A DNA stretch of 55,998 bases from Candidatus Hydrogenedentota bacterium (GCA_045863315.1 BTUX01000002.1:1-55998), one strand, 5' to 3'. Numbered from the stretch's first letter, positions 27,372-36,768 are shown. Numbers and translations: made by a program. The notes: generated from the sequence alone by a model not told the origin.

Positions 27372-27791
27372 TCATCGGCTAGTACCGCGACCGCGTCGGA
27401 TGGATGCATTCGGTGTCTCGCCGGTCTCCGAGTAGGTCCCATCGTCAACGGCTTGCTGAAGCCGGCGCACTTCCTCGAGTATCCCCACGAAGCGGCGGCC
27501 GAAAGGTGTCAGCAGGTACTCCACCTGGACTGGGGGCTTCTCGCCGAACACGGTGCGACGGACAATGCCGAAGCGGATCATCTTCCGCAACCGCTCGTTC
27601 ATGACCTTCGCAGACAGGCCCGGGCAGGCCCGAAGGAAGGCGCTGGGCCGGGTCTGACCGTCGACGCAAAGCTCGAGCAGGCGGAGCGACCATTTACAAC
27701 CGACTATGCTCTCGACCATGGAGGCGACGGGGATGGGGCTGCCATCCTTCGCCTTGAGTGGCCCGCTGACTGAGGCGTCGTTCTGAACCAT
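27372..27791 (-). CDS. HxlR family transcriptional regulator
   Basis: 139 aa. CKWSLRLLELCVDGQTRPSAFLRACPGLSAKVMNERLRKMIRFGIVRRTVFGEKPPVQVEYLLTPFG. Confidence 0.85.
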   Translation of the reverse strand: MVQNDASVSGPLKAKDGSPIPVASMVESIVGCKWSLRLLELCVDGQTRPSAFLRACPGLSAKVMNERLRKMIRFGIVRRTVFGEKPPVQVEYLLTPFGRRFVGILEEVRRLQQAVDDGTYSETGETPNASIRRGRGTSR

Positions 27792-27909
27792 GACGTAACT
27801 ACCTTACCGAAAAGTACCTTCTTGGCACGAGTCGGATCCCGATGTAGGATACACGCCGATGGAGCATACCCGAGTGCTCAGAACCCGATGACACGAAAGG
27901 AGCCAACCC

Positions 27910-28506
27910 ATGAAAGAAGCGCTGGGCATTCCCGGCTATACGTATGGCACCGCCGAGGTGGCGCAGTCCCCCGTGACGCCTGCCGACTTCGAGTTGATGA
28001 AGAAGAGTGTTCTGTTCGGCCCTGAGGACGTCAAGTACTTGCGGCTCTCGCATGACGTGCTCAAGGACCAAGTCGAGGCCATCCTGGATGTCTGGTACGG
28101 GTTCGTCGGTTCGAACCCCCACCTGCTCGCGTCGTTCACCGGCAAGAACGACGGCAAGCCGCTCAGCACCTATTTGGGCGCGGTTCGCAAGCGCTTCGGC
28201 CAGTGGATCCTCGACACCGCACGCGCCGAGTACGACCAGCAGTGGCTTGATTACCAGCACGAGATCGGCCTCCGCCATCATCGCACGAAGAAGAACCGCA
28301 CCGACGGCGTGGCCTCGACGGACCATGTCCCGTTTCGCGACCTCTTCGCACTCGTGTTTCCGGTGACGTTTACGCTGAAGCCCTTCCTCGCCAAGAAGGG
28401 CCACTCGGCCGAGGACGTCGAGAAGATGTACGCCGCGTGGGTCAAGTCGAGTCTCCTTCAGGTAACGCTTTGGAGCTACCCGTACGTGAAGGCCGGCGAT
28501 TTCTGA
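27910..28506 (+). CDS. single-domain protoglobin-like haem protein
   Basis: 198 aa. FELMKKSVLFGPEDVKYLRLSHDVLKDQVEAILDVWYGFV...WLDYQHEIGLRHH resembles the protoglobin / globin-coupled-sensor globin domain. No output domain follows. AAGGAG lies upstream. Confidence 0.7.
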   Translation: MKEALGIPGYTYGTAEVAQSPVTPADFELMKKSVLFGPEDVKYLRLSHDVLKDQVEAILDVWYGFVGSNPHLLASFTGKNDGKPLSTYLGAVRKRFGQWILDTARAEYDQQWLDYQHEIGLRHHRTKKNRTDGVASTDHVPFRDLFALVFPVTFTLKPFLAKKGHSAEDVEKMYAAWVKSSLLQVTLWSYPYVKAGDF

Positions 28507-28527
28507 TCGGGGCGGGCCCCTGGAGGA

Positions 28528-28726
28528 TTACCCCGGATTCTTCACGCCCACGCGCGTCCAAGGATACAACGTTGTTCAATGCATACCCTCATGTCTCGCC
28601 GGCGCGCGGCCCGGCAAAACTGGTTGTGGGCGTGAAGAATCCTCATCCAACGCGCTCCCATGCGTTATCCAGAACATGTCTCGCCACACCCCCCTCCACG
28701 GGGGAGTGGCGAGTAACGCGGGGTAT
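28528..28726 (+). mobile_element. diverged subfamily copy (D) of the MITE-like repeat
   Basis: TTACCCCGGATTCTTCACGCCCAC...AAGGATACAACGTTG...GTGGGCGTGAAGAATCC...TCTCGCCACACCCCC-CTCCAC-GGGGGAGTGGCGAG...CGGGGTA has the same order of helices with different sequence. Confidence 0.6.
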
Positions 28727-28900
28727 AACCCAGCGCCCACCCCCCACACTGGCGTAGGCGTAACCCACGACAGGCCCACCGACCTCGGCCGCCGGCCACA
28801 GCAGTGAGACTGAGCGGACCACCTTGATCCGCTCGGCCATCGGTGACGGAGGAAAGGCCTCTTACTTGAAGGCCACCGCCGTTTGCGTCACGTAGTGGTT

Positions 28901-29092
28901 GTAGCCCGGATTTTTCATACCCGCGGGCAATGAAGGATTCAACTTCGTGAGGCACATACCTTTATGCAGCGACAGGGAAATCGGGCTGTTGGTGTGAAAA
29001 ATCCTCACCCGATTGACTTCTCTGCCATCACCTGAGCATTTCTCACCAGTCGCTCCCGTCATCGGGAGCGACTGGTGAGAAATGCGGGGTAG
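28901..29092 (+). mobile_element. MITE-like structured repeat, copy E
   Basis: GTAG...GTAG flanks. About 11 differences from copy G by eye. P1, P2 (one G-T wobble) and P3 are all intact. Confidence 0.85.
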
Positions 29093-29325
29093 ACCACCAT
29101 AACAGCGTCGGCATCCGCAATCCTCCCGTATCGAATCGTCCTCGGGACAGCGTGGAATGGTGAAAAGTCCGTAAACGTCCGGTGAATAGCATCGTATCAA
29201 TTCGGTGACGTCCTGCGAGAGTATGTCCTCGACCGCGAGGAAATTCTCATGAGGAAGTCGAGCAGGGGCGGCTTCCGCGCGCGAAAAAGGGGAACGACGG
29301 CGGAAAGCACGGCGATTGCCCGGGT

Positions 29326-30150
29326 TTACGTCTTGGAGACGAAGGCCCGTTTGATCCGTTCGACGACGTCCGACTGCTCGTACCCCCACAGCTCGTCGGA
29401 AAAGATTTCGACCTCGACGTACCCTTCGAACCCAGCGGACTCGACCCACCCTCGAATCTGGGGGATGTTGATGCAACCGTCTCCCATGATGGCGCGGTCG
29501 TTGAGTATGTCGCGTGTCGGCACGCGCCAGTCGCAGACGTGAAACGAGAAAATGGACTTGCCGGCGCGCGCGATTTCGTTCTGGAGATAAGGGTCCCACC
29601 ACACGTGATACACATCGAGAGTCACCCCCACCCACGCGCTCTGCAACGCGGTCACCATGTTGTTCGCCTGTTCGAGCGTGTTCACCGCCGATCGCGAGTC
29701 GGCGTACATCGGGTGTAAGGGTTCAATGCCGAGTTTTACCTTCGCCTGTTGCGCGTGTTCGAGCACCTGCGCGATGCCGTCGATGATTTGCTTTCGCGCC
29801 TCCGCCAACGGCATACCCGGCACTGCGCCGCACACCAGAACCACCAGCGGTGCGCCGATGGCGTCTGCGTCGTCGATAGCGCGCTTGTTGTCGTCGATGG
29901 CGGCGCGCCGCTTGGCGTGCGTCTCCGCGGGGAAGAAGCCGCCCCGGCACAGGCTGACCACCGTCAGTTCGGCATCGCGCAACATCTTGGCCGCCTCCTT
30001 CGTGCCCAGGGGGTCGAGATGCCGGCGCCACACCGTAATGCCGGGCACGCCCGCGCGCACGTAGCCGTCGATGGCTTCGCGCAAGGACCACGGCTTGGTA
30101 GTCATCGTATGAACGCACAGCCGGGAGAGATTCAAAGAACCGGAAGACAT
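29326..30150 (-). CDS. sugar phosphate isomerase/epimerase (xylose isomerase-like TIM barrel)
   Basis: 274-aa ORF. ...GAPLVVLVCGAVPG...KLGIEPLHPMYADSRSAVNTLEQA...HVCDW are typical AP-endonuclease-2/xylose-isomerase-like barrel features. Confidence 0.75.
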   Translation of the reverse strand: MSSGSLNLSRLCVHTMTTKPWSLREAIDGYVRAGVPGITVWRRHLDPLGTKEAAKMLRDAELTVVSLCRGGFFPAETHAKRRAAIDDNKRAIDDADAIGAPLVVLVCGAVPGMPLAEARKQIIDGIAQVLEHAQQAKVKLGIEPLHPMYADSRSAVNTLEQANNMVTALQSAWVGVTLDVYHVWWDPYLQNEIARAGKSIFSFHVCDWRVPTRDILNDRAIMGDGCINIPQIRGWVESAGFEGYVEVEIFSDELWGYEQSDVVERIKRAFVSKT

Positions 30151-30178
30151 TGATCTGGCTTCCCCCGAAGGTATGCCG

Positions 30179-31273
30179 TCAATTCCGCGACTTCGCTTCT
30201 TCCATCATTTTGACGAAGCGGGCGAAGAGGTAGCGGCTGTCGTGGGGACCCGGCGACGATTCGGGATGGTACTGCACGCTGAAGATCGGCAGCTCCTTAT
30301 GCTCCATCCCCTCGACCGAGCCGTCGTTGAGATTGGTGTGCGTGATGCGCACTTGGGACTCGTCGAGCGATTTCGGGTCGACCGCGAAGCCATGGTTTTG
30401 CGCGCTGATCTCGACTTGCCGGGTGAGGTGGTTCATCACCGGCTGGTTTCCCCCCCGGTGGCCGAACTTGAGTTTGTATGTGGCGCCGCCGAACGCGTGG
30501 CCAAGGATTTGATGACCAAGGCATATCCCGAAGATCGGCTTCTTTCCAAACAACGCTTCGACGGTCGGGTAGATGTACGGCAGCGCCGCCGGATCGCCGG
30601 GACCGTTGGATAGAAAGATGCCGTCGGGCTTCTGCGCGAGCGCTTCCTCCGCCGTCGCGGTGGCGGGCATGACGACGACGTTGCAGTCGTGCGCTTCGAG
30701 CAAACGCAGGATGTTGTATTTGATCCCGTAATCAAAGGCGACGACGCGGTACTTCCCATTGAAGTTCGGGTTCCACTCGTACGGTTCGGTGATGGACACG
30801 GCCTTCACGTAGTCGCTGCCGGCCATGTCCGGCGAATCGACGGCCTTCCGGATGAGCGTGTCGCGATCGAATTCGACCGTGCTGATCACGGCCTTCTTCG
30901 CGCCCTCGGTGCGAAGCATCTTTGTGATTTTGCGCGTATCGACGCCGTCGATGGCAACGATGTGGTGCTGCTTGAGGTATTCCGGCAGGGACATCTTCGC
31001 CCGCCAATTGCTCGGCGTATGGCAGCACTCCCGCATGACGAAGCCCTCGACAAAGGGCCGGCGCGATTCCACATCCTCGGGGTTCACCCCGTAATTGCCG
31101 ATGTGCGGGTACGTCATGGTGACGATCTGGCCGGCGTAGGAGGGATCCGTAAGGATTTCCTGGTAGCCGGTCATGCTCGTGTTGAACACGAGTTCGCCGG
31201 TGGTTTCGCCGTCCGCGCCCACGGCGTTTCCTTCGAACACCACCCCGTTTTCCAGCGCGAGTACAGCTTTCAC
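30179..31273 (-). CDS. carA: carbamoyl-phosphate synthase small (glutaminase) subunit
   Basis: 364 aa. VFNTSMTGYQEILTDPSYAGQIVTMTYPHIGNYG and GICLGHQILG...VQYHPES (triad GATase). Confidence 0.95.
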   Translation of the reverse strand: MKAVLALENGVVFEGNAVGADGETTGELVFNTSMTGYQEILTDPSYAGQIVTMTYPHIGNYGVNPEDVESRRPFVEGFVMRECCHTPSNWRAKMSLPEYLKQHHIVAIDGVDTRKITKMLRTEGAKKAVISTVEFDRDTLIRKAVDSPDMAGSDYVKAVSITEPYEWNPNFNGKYRVVAFDYGIKYNILRLLEAHDCNVVVMPATATAEEALAQKPDGIFLSNGPGDPAALPYIYPTVEALFGKKPIFGICLGHQILGHAFGGATYKLKFGHRGGNQPVMNHLTRQVEISAQNHGFAVDPKSLDESQVRITHTNLNDGSVEGMEHKELPIFSVQYHPESSPGPHDSRYLFARFVKMMEEAKSRN

Positions 31274-31489
31274 CGCAGATTCCTTCAGCCGTGTAAGACC
31301 CGATTTCAGAGTGTGTGATACCGAAAGGGTTGGAGAGCTGTGAATAGGGTCGCAATCAGGCGCAAAATTTACCGAAACGCCGGGAGATTTTCAAGTTTTG
31401 CGGGGTCATCGACCCGCACATCGCCTGATTCTCCGCAGCCCGGTTGTCCGTGGCCATGCGCGCCGCTGCGCGCGCGTGAATACGTCGGG

Positions 31490-32659
31490 CTAAGGGGAGG
31501 AAATCCCGCCGGCATGGAGAGCGATCGCTTCGTCGTACGTTTCGCACACGCGTTCCACCATGCGCCCCAGCGTGAAGTGTTCCCGAATCCACGCACGGCC
31601 CGCCGCGCCCATCTTTTTCCTGCCCGGTCCATCCAGGACGAGCGACTCGATCGCTCGGGCCAAGGCGTCGACATCTCCAGGCGGGACGAGCACGCCGGTG
31701 CGCCCGTTGTCGAGGGCCTCGCCCGTGCCGCCAATGTCGGACGCCACGACCGGCAAGCCGGCCGCCTGAGCCTCGAGTACAGAGGTGGGCAGGCCCTCCT
31801 GTTGCACGGACGGTTGTGCGAAGATGTCGAATGACGCCAGTGCGCTCGCGAGATCGTCCCAGAACCCGGTGAATGTCGCTCGATCATGAATGCCGAGCTT
31901 GGCCGCCTTGGCCTCGAGCGCGCGTTTCGCCGGGCCGTCTCCGACGATGACCGCGCGCAGATGGGGATATGCCGGCGCGAGCTTGAATAGGGCATCGAGC
32001 AAATGCGTGTGGCCCTTTTCGATCGATACGCGGCTGCACGTGCCCACGACCAGCGCGTCCTCGGGTATATCGAACTTCGCGCGAAGCTCCATCCGATTGC
32101 GGTTGTGATCCGCCGCCTCGAGGTCGAGGCCCGTATAGATTACGCGAATCCGGTCTTCGCGGGTGGGGCCTTTCAGAATGCGCTCCTTCATGTGGTTCGA
32201 TACCGTGATGACGAGATCGCAGTGGGGCAGGGCGAAATCCCGTTCAATCCATTGATAGACGAACCGCCGGAAGGGAAGGAACCCGTCCCACCAGCCGTAC
32301 GCGCTCGCGACGACCGCGCAGGGCCACTTGCGGCGGCCGATCCCGATCATCGTGTTCGAGTGCGGGTCATGGGTGTGGACGATATCGACATCGTACTTCT
32401 TGATCAGCTCAAGCACCTTCGCGCGAGCGAGGCCCCAGTTGGAGCGCGATTTCCACGGGATGCGCTCGTTCGAAGGCGGGAGCCCGCGTCTGCGCGCTTG
32501 CTCGATAAACAGTTCATCGCTTCCCGAAAAGGTGTCGTAGGGAACGAGGATGACGCGGTAGCGCTCTTTCGGCAGGTGCTTCATGAGGGTGAGCAGGATG
32601 GTATGCGAGCCGCCGAACGCCCAACTGCGAATCAGGAAAAGTACGTTGCGCGGTTTCAC
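31490..32659 (-). CDS. glycosyltransferase family 4
   Basis: GTG 32659 (VKPRNVLFLIRSWAFGGSHT) overlaps the upstream stop as GTGA. C-terminal QPSVQQEGLPTSVLEAQAAGLPVVASDIGGTGEALDNGRTGVLV. The 687-aa ORF-track version is an artefactual extension through the upstream gene. Confidence 0.85.
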   Translation of the reverse strand: MKPRNVLFLIRSWAFGGSHTILLTLMKHLPKERYRVILVPYDTFSGSDELFIEQARRRGLPPSNERIPWKSRSNWGLARAKVLELIKKYDVDIVHTHDPHSNTMIGIGRRKWPCAVVASAYGWWDGFLPFRRFVYQWIERDFALPHCDLVITVSNHMKERILKGPTREDRIRVIYTGLDLEAADHNRNRMELRAKFDIPEDALVVGTCSRVSIEKGHTHLLDALFKLAPAYPHLRAVIVGDGPAKRALEAKAAKLGIHDRATFTGFWDDLASALASFDIFAQPSVQQEGLPTSVLEAQAAGLPVVASDIGGTGEALDNGRTGVLVPPGDVDALARAIESLVLDGPGRKKMGAAGRAWIREHFTLGRMVERVCETYDEAIALHAGGISSP

Positions 32660-34575
32660 AACTTCCACTTTCGTATCAACGAAGCGATTCGATTGAAAAC
32701 CGGCTTCGGCCGTCCATCGGCGTCGCATAGCCCGCCGCTTACGACGGAAGATTTCGCGTCGGTGATGTCCCACCACGTGATCGAGCGCACGGCCGGATTC
32801 GCGTAGGCAATCGTATACACGGCTTCCGCGTAGTCGGCCTGGATGGTTTCGTCCCAGGGCGCGCGCCAGTAGCCGGCGGTCCAGTGGGGCGCGTAGGACG
32901 ACGGCGCCGAAAACTCCGTGATGTGAATCGGTTTGCCGAATTTCGCGTACCGTTCGAGCATGTCGACAAGCCAGGAAGGCGTTGTGGCGGGGCCCTGCAG
33001 TCCGCCGAAGGACTCGTTGAAATGGAACCCGGGATAGTATTGAAGGCCAATCGCGTCCACGCTGGCCAAAACGCCTTCGTCCTTCGCGCGGGCGAGAAAG
33101 GCCGCGTAGGTCATTGTGTGCGTGTCGACGGGGTTGTTGTCCGGCCCGTACACGAAGAACCTCCTGCCGTAATCCCCTTCGTGCGCGCCATTCACCAAGC
33201 CGGTGAGCGGCTTGCGATCCGATACGAGCTTCGCGGAATTCGCCACCAGTTCGAAAACCATCGGCTGAGGCATGCGCACCACGTTCGTGCTGTTCGGCTC
33301 GTTCATGATCTCCCATACGCTGAAACGGACGGCGAACGCATCCAACAGCGCGCGCTGCTGCGCGAGCATCGCGTCGCGGAGGGCATCGTGCGGCAAATCG
33401 CGCGCGCGGTCGGGGAGTATGCCATAGTCCTGCAGCCAGACGCTGCCATGCGACTTCAGCCGGTACCCCAATTCTTCCAGCGCGGTGATTCCAAATGTAG
33501 CATCCACGGCGCCGACGTCCACGTCGCCGCCCTTGGCATCGGTCCAGTTCCATCCCAGCAGCAGCGTCGCGAGATCGAAACCCGCCGAACGCGCCAACTC
33601 GAACGCCCCGGCCTTGTACGGACTGCCTTCAAACACGCCAAACGAGAAATCCGCGCGCGGCGCGGGTATCGCCGAGCGCGCTCTCTCCAGTTCCAGCCGG
33701 TCCCGTAGGCGCAGCGCATCGGCGAGCACCCCATCCGCCGCCGCGGCGCGCGCGACGGGAGAGCCTTTCAGCACGGCTTCGTCGAGCGCGCGCTTCAGCG
33801 GCCGCGACTGTTCATGGAACTGTCGGCGTTCGAGATCGTGCACGGCGGTGCGGGCAAGTTCGATATTAAGCTCGATCACACGCGCGCTGCCGGCGACCTC
33901 GACATCGAAACCGTGTCCCGCGTTGTCCGCCCGAAGGAGCAATTTGCCGTAATCCGCGGTCTCCCAGAAGAGCGCTTGCACCACACAGCCTGGTCTCGGC
34001 GGGAGGACGAGCGCGGGCAGCCCCTTCTCCCTCGGCTGGCCGCGCTCGCGCGCGAACTCATCGAAGACGGGCCAGCAGGTCGCTTCGAGCGCGCAATCCT
34101 CGAGATCGGTGGCGTACATGAATTGATTTCCGACGACGCCGCGCGCCTGAAAGTCTTCCCATCGCATGAGGTGCCCCTGCCGGTTATAGGCCAGTATGAC
34201 AAGGCACCCGGCGGGCGGGAGACTCAGCGCGAGACGCGTTTCGCCGCGATAGGCATAAATCCGCGGCGTGTTTCGATAGACGCCGATCCCGTCCTGGTTC
34301 TCGACCGCAGGCGGTTGCACGCTGAGGTAACCGCGTTCGATGGGTCGTTGCAACGCGATCGTGAATGCGCCGGTTGCGTCGGTCGAGGACTGTCCCCGCA
34401 GTTGGAAAGAAGTGTCGGACAGTCCGACAAACGCATGCGCCAGCGGCCGGCCTGTGTCCGCCGCATAGACCTTTCCGCCTACCACCACTGCGGTCTCCGC
34501 ACGGACCGGACACGGAAGCAGGAAGAGGAGACTGGCCATGATTGTCCAAGTCGGTTTGTGCGTTGCCTCGTTCAT
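32656..34575 (-). CDS. exported clan GH-A (GH5/GH10-like) glycoside hydrolase with N-terminal carboxypeptidase-regulatory-like domain
   Basis: Start at MNEATHKPTWTIMASLLFLLPCPVRA (ATG 34575). VVGGKVYAADTGRPLAHAFVGLSD matches a CarboxypepD_reg-like domain. WEIMNEP is a candidate acid/base and IHITEFS a candidate nucleophile in a TIM-barrel context. Confidence 0.65.
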   Translation of the reverse strand: MNEATHKPTWTIMASLLFLLPCPVRAETAVVVGGKVYAADTGRPLAHAFVGLSDTSFQLRGQSSTDATGAFTIALQRPIERGYLSVQPPAVENQDGIGVYRNTPRIYAYRGETRLALSLPPAGCLVILAYNRQGHLMRWEDFQARGVVGNQFMYATDLEDCALEATCWPVFDEFARERGQPREKGLPALVLPPRPGCVVQALFWETADYGKLLLRADNAGHGFDVEVAGSARVIELNIELARTAVHDLERRQFHEQSRPLKRALDEAVLKGSPVARAAAADGVLADALRLRDRLELERARSAIPAPRADFSFGVFEGSPYKAGAFELARSAGFDLATLLLGWNWTDAKGGDVDVGAVDATFGITALEELGYRLKSHGSVWLQDYGILPDRARDLPHDALRDAMLAQQRALLDAFAVRFSVWEIMNEPNSTNVVRMPQPMVFELVANSAKLVSDRKPLTGLVNGAHEGDYGRRFFVYGPDNNPVDTHTMTYAAFLARAKDEGVLASVDAIGLQYYPGFHFNESFGGLQGPATTPSWLVDMLERYAKFGKPIHITEFSAPSSYAPHWTAGYWRAPWDETIQADYAEAVYTIAYANPAVRSITWWDITDAKSSVVSGGLCDADGRPKPVFNRIASLIRKWKL

Positions 34576-34946
34576 CGCGAAGTCACGGACTCCCGGGTCA
34601 GCGTGGGAATGGGATGGGCTGGATTTGTGGAGAATGCGGATTCGGCGTCGCCATACGCTCGCCGTGCGTCGCGGCAAAAAGGACAGCCGGTAGAAACGTC
34701 GTCGAAAGTGCTACAAGGCACTAGGGGCACACTCGCTGATCGTGCTGATGTCCATAACCGGACACAGGCTCTAGCAACTTTCGCTACGCCGTTCCTACCG
34801 GCAATTGAATTATACCACGGAACCGGCGATTCCGCCACTGAATACCATGACAACTTCGACGATTCAAAATCGTGCCGCCGGCCGGGCGCGCCTTTGATTT
34901 GAATGGGCTGAACCATTACAACAGAATGCCGAAGCGGAGAGGTGCC

Positions 34947-36299
34947 ATGCGAATTCATATAGGTTGCGCGCTTGTTTTACTCGGGGGAATGGTCATGCCC
35001 GCATTTGGCGAGGAAGCGAAATACGAACCCAACTGGGCCTCACTCGATACGCGATCCACGCCGCAATGGTTTACCGACGCCAAATTCGGAATCTTCATCC
35101 ACTGGGGCGTGTACTCGGTGCCTTCCTGGGGGCCAAAGGACCGCTACGCCGAATGGTATTGGCACGACATGAACAACAAGGACGGGGAGACCTGGAAGTT
35201 CCACGAAAAAACGTACGGCGCGGACTTCAAGTACCAGGACTTCGCGTCCATGTTCAAGGCGGAGTTGTTCAATCCCGACGAGTGGGCAGACATCTTCAAG
35301 CGGTCCGGCGCGAAATACGTGGTGCTCACTTCCAAGCATCACGAAGGGTTTTGCCTGTGGCCCAGCGCGGAAAGCTGGAACTGGAATGCGGTCGACGTGG
35401 GGCCGCACCGCGATCTTGCAGGCGATCTGATCGAGAGCGTACACCAGGCGGGACTCCGCATGGGTTTCTACTACTCAATCTACGAGTGGTACAACCCGCT
35501 GTACCAGAGCGACGTGGCCCGTTACGTCGACACGCACATGCTTCCCCAATTGAAAGATCTCGTGCAACGATACAAACCCGACATTGTGTGGCCCGACGGC
35601 GAATGGGACCACCCGAGTGCCACATGGCGCAGCGAGGAATTCCTCGCGTGGCTCTATAACGAATCGAACGCGCCCAAGGACGTCGTCGTGAACGATCGGT
35701 GGGGCAAGGACTGCCGGAACGTCCACGGCGGGTTTGCTACACCGGAGTATGGGCACATTCCCGAAGGCCGGTTGATCCAGGAGGGCCGTTGGGAGGAGTG
35801 CCAGGGCATGGGCCGGTCGTTCGGATACAACCGGAACGAGAACGCGGACAACTACCGCTCGGCGACCCAACTGCTTCACCTGCTCATCGACTGCGCCAGC
35901 CGCGGCGGCAATCTCCTGCTGGACATCGGCCCGACGGCCGACGGCCGAATTCCCGTCATCATGCAGCAGCGGTTGCTGGACATGGGGCGGTGGCTCGATG
36001 TCAACGGAGAAGCGATTTACGGCACCCGTGCATGGCGTGAACACAAGGACGGCGACCATATCCGCTACACGGCCAAAGACGGCGTAGTGTACGCGATTAT
36101 CCTGAACTGGCAGAGCGGGCCCATTCCGCTCCATGCGATTAAACTGGACAGCCCGATCGAGGTAACGATGCTCGGCACCAACGAGCCCGTCAAACGAAAC
36201 ATCGACGGGGCCTTCCTGTTGGTCGAGCTGCCGCTACTCACGCCGGACAAGTTGCCGTGTCAACATGCGTGGGTGCTGAAGATTACGGGAGCGAAGTAG
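34947..36299 (+). CDS. alpha-L-fucosidase (GH29)
   Basis: Start at MRIHIGCALVLLGGMVMPAFG (ATG 34947 after GGAGAGG). WFTDAKFGIFIHWGVYSVPSWG...KYVVLTSKHHEGFCLWPS. Confidence 0.9.
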   Translation: MRIHIGCALVLLGGMVMPAFGEEAKYEPNWASLDTRSTPQWFTDAKFGIFIHWGVYSVPSWGPKDRYAEWYWHDMNNKDGETWKFHEKTYGADFKYQDFASMFKAELFNPDEWADIFKRSGAKYVVLTSKHHEGFCLWPSAESWNWNAVDVGPHRDLAGDLIESVHQAGLRMGFYYSIYEWYNPLYQSDVARYVDTHMLPQLKDLVQRYKPDIVWPDGEWDHPSATWRSEEFLAWLYNESNAPKDVVVNDRWGKDCRNVHGGFATPEYGHIPEGRLIQEGRWEECQGMGRSFGYNRNENADNYRSATQLLHLLIDCASRGGNLLLDIGPTADGRIPVIMQQRLLDMGRWLDVNGEAIYGTRAWREHKDGDHIRYTAKDGVVYAIILNWQSGPIPLHAIKLDSPIEVTMLGTNEPVKRNIDGAFLLVELPLLTPDKLPCQHAWVLKITGAK

Positions 36300-36346
36300 A
36301 GTCCACACCGAAACCATCGCGGCCCGGCCGGGGGCGACCAGATCGT

Positions 36347-36717
36347 TTATGCGATATACCGCTCGGGGCGTTTGCCGTCGTTGAAGTAGTACATCGTCAC
36401 GCGCTTGCCGTCGGACCGTTGGACGGTTCGGCGGTAACCGAGGTCCCGGCCGCCGCCGCGCAGGACGAACTCCTCGCCTGCATGGGGCCGGACGGCCGAT
36501 TCCGGTCGATGGGATGGCCGTTCACTTTGTCCGGATCGAAATATCCCAGCGTGAATCCAACGACGATCTCGTCGCCCCACGACCACAGGCCGTTGTTGGC
36601 GGGCCAACCCGCAAAGCGGCCGTTCTCGTAGAAGACCCTCCCATGCTCGACGCCCTCCAATTCGGCTTGAGAAATATCTGCGCAGAGCAAAACAAGTCCG
36701 ATCGCACCGGCCATCAC
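36347..36717 (-). pseudogene. frameshifted or internally deleted relic of an exported (BNR/sialidase-like?) gene
   Basis: Frame 1 gives MMAGAIGLVLLCADISQAELEGVEHGRVFYENGRFAGWPANNGLWSWGDEIVVGF...NGHPIDRNRPS and then degenerates. A second frame continues as EEFVLRGGGRDLGYRRTVQRSDGKRVTMYYFNDGKRPERYIA to a stop at 36347. The total is far shorter than intact homologues. Confidence 0.4.
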
Positions 36718-36768
36718 AGCGGCAACACTCCTTCCGCGGCGTTGGCGACGCCATTGGCGATTGACGCG

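Noticed and set aside
31490-33553. Several ORF-track entries carry long N-terminal extensions. They are 31490-33553 (687 aa), 12211-13389, 20525-21973, 48839-49981, 50102-51073, 49465-50196 and 46772-48268.
   Set aside because: The extensions are Arg-rich and overlap the upstream gene's coding region. Homology-consistent internal starts exist that abut or overlap the upstream stop (ATGA/GTGA) or follow a GGAGG. Coordinates were trimmed accordingly.
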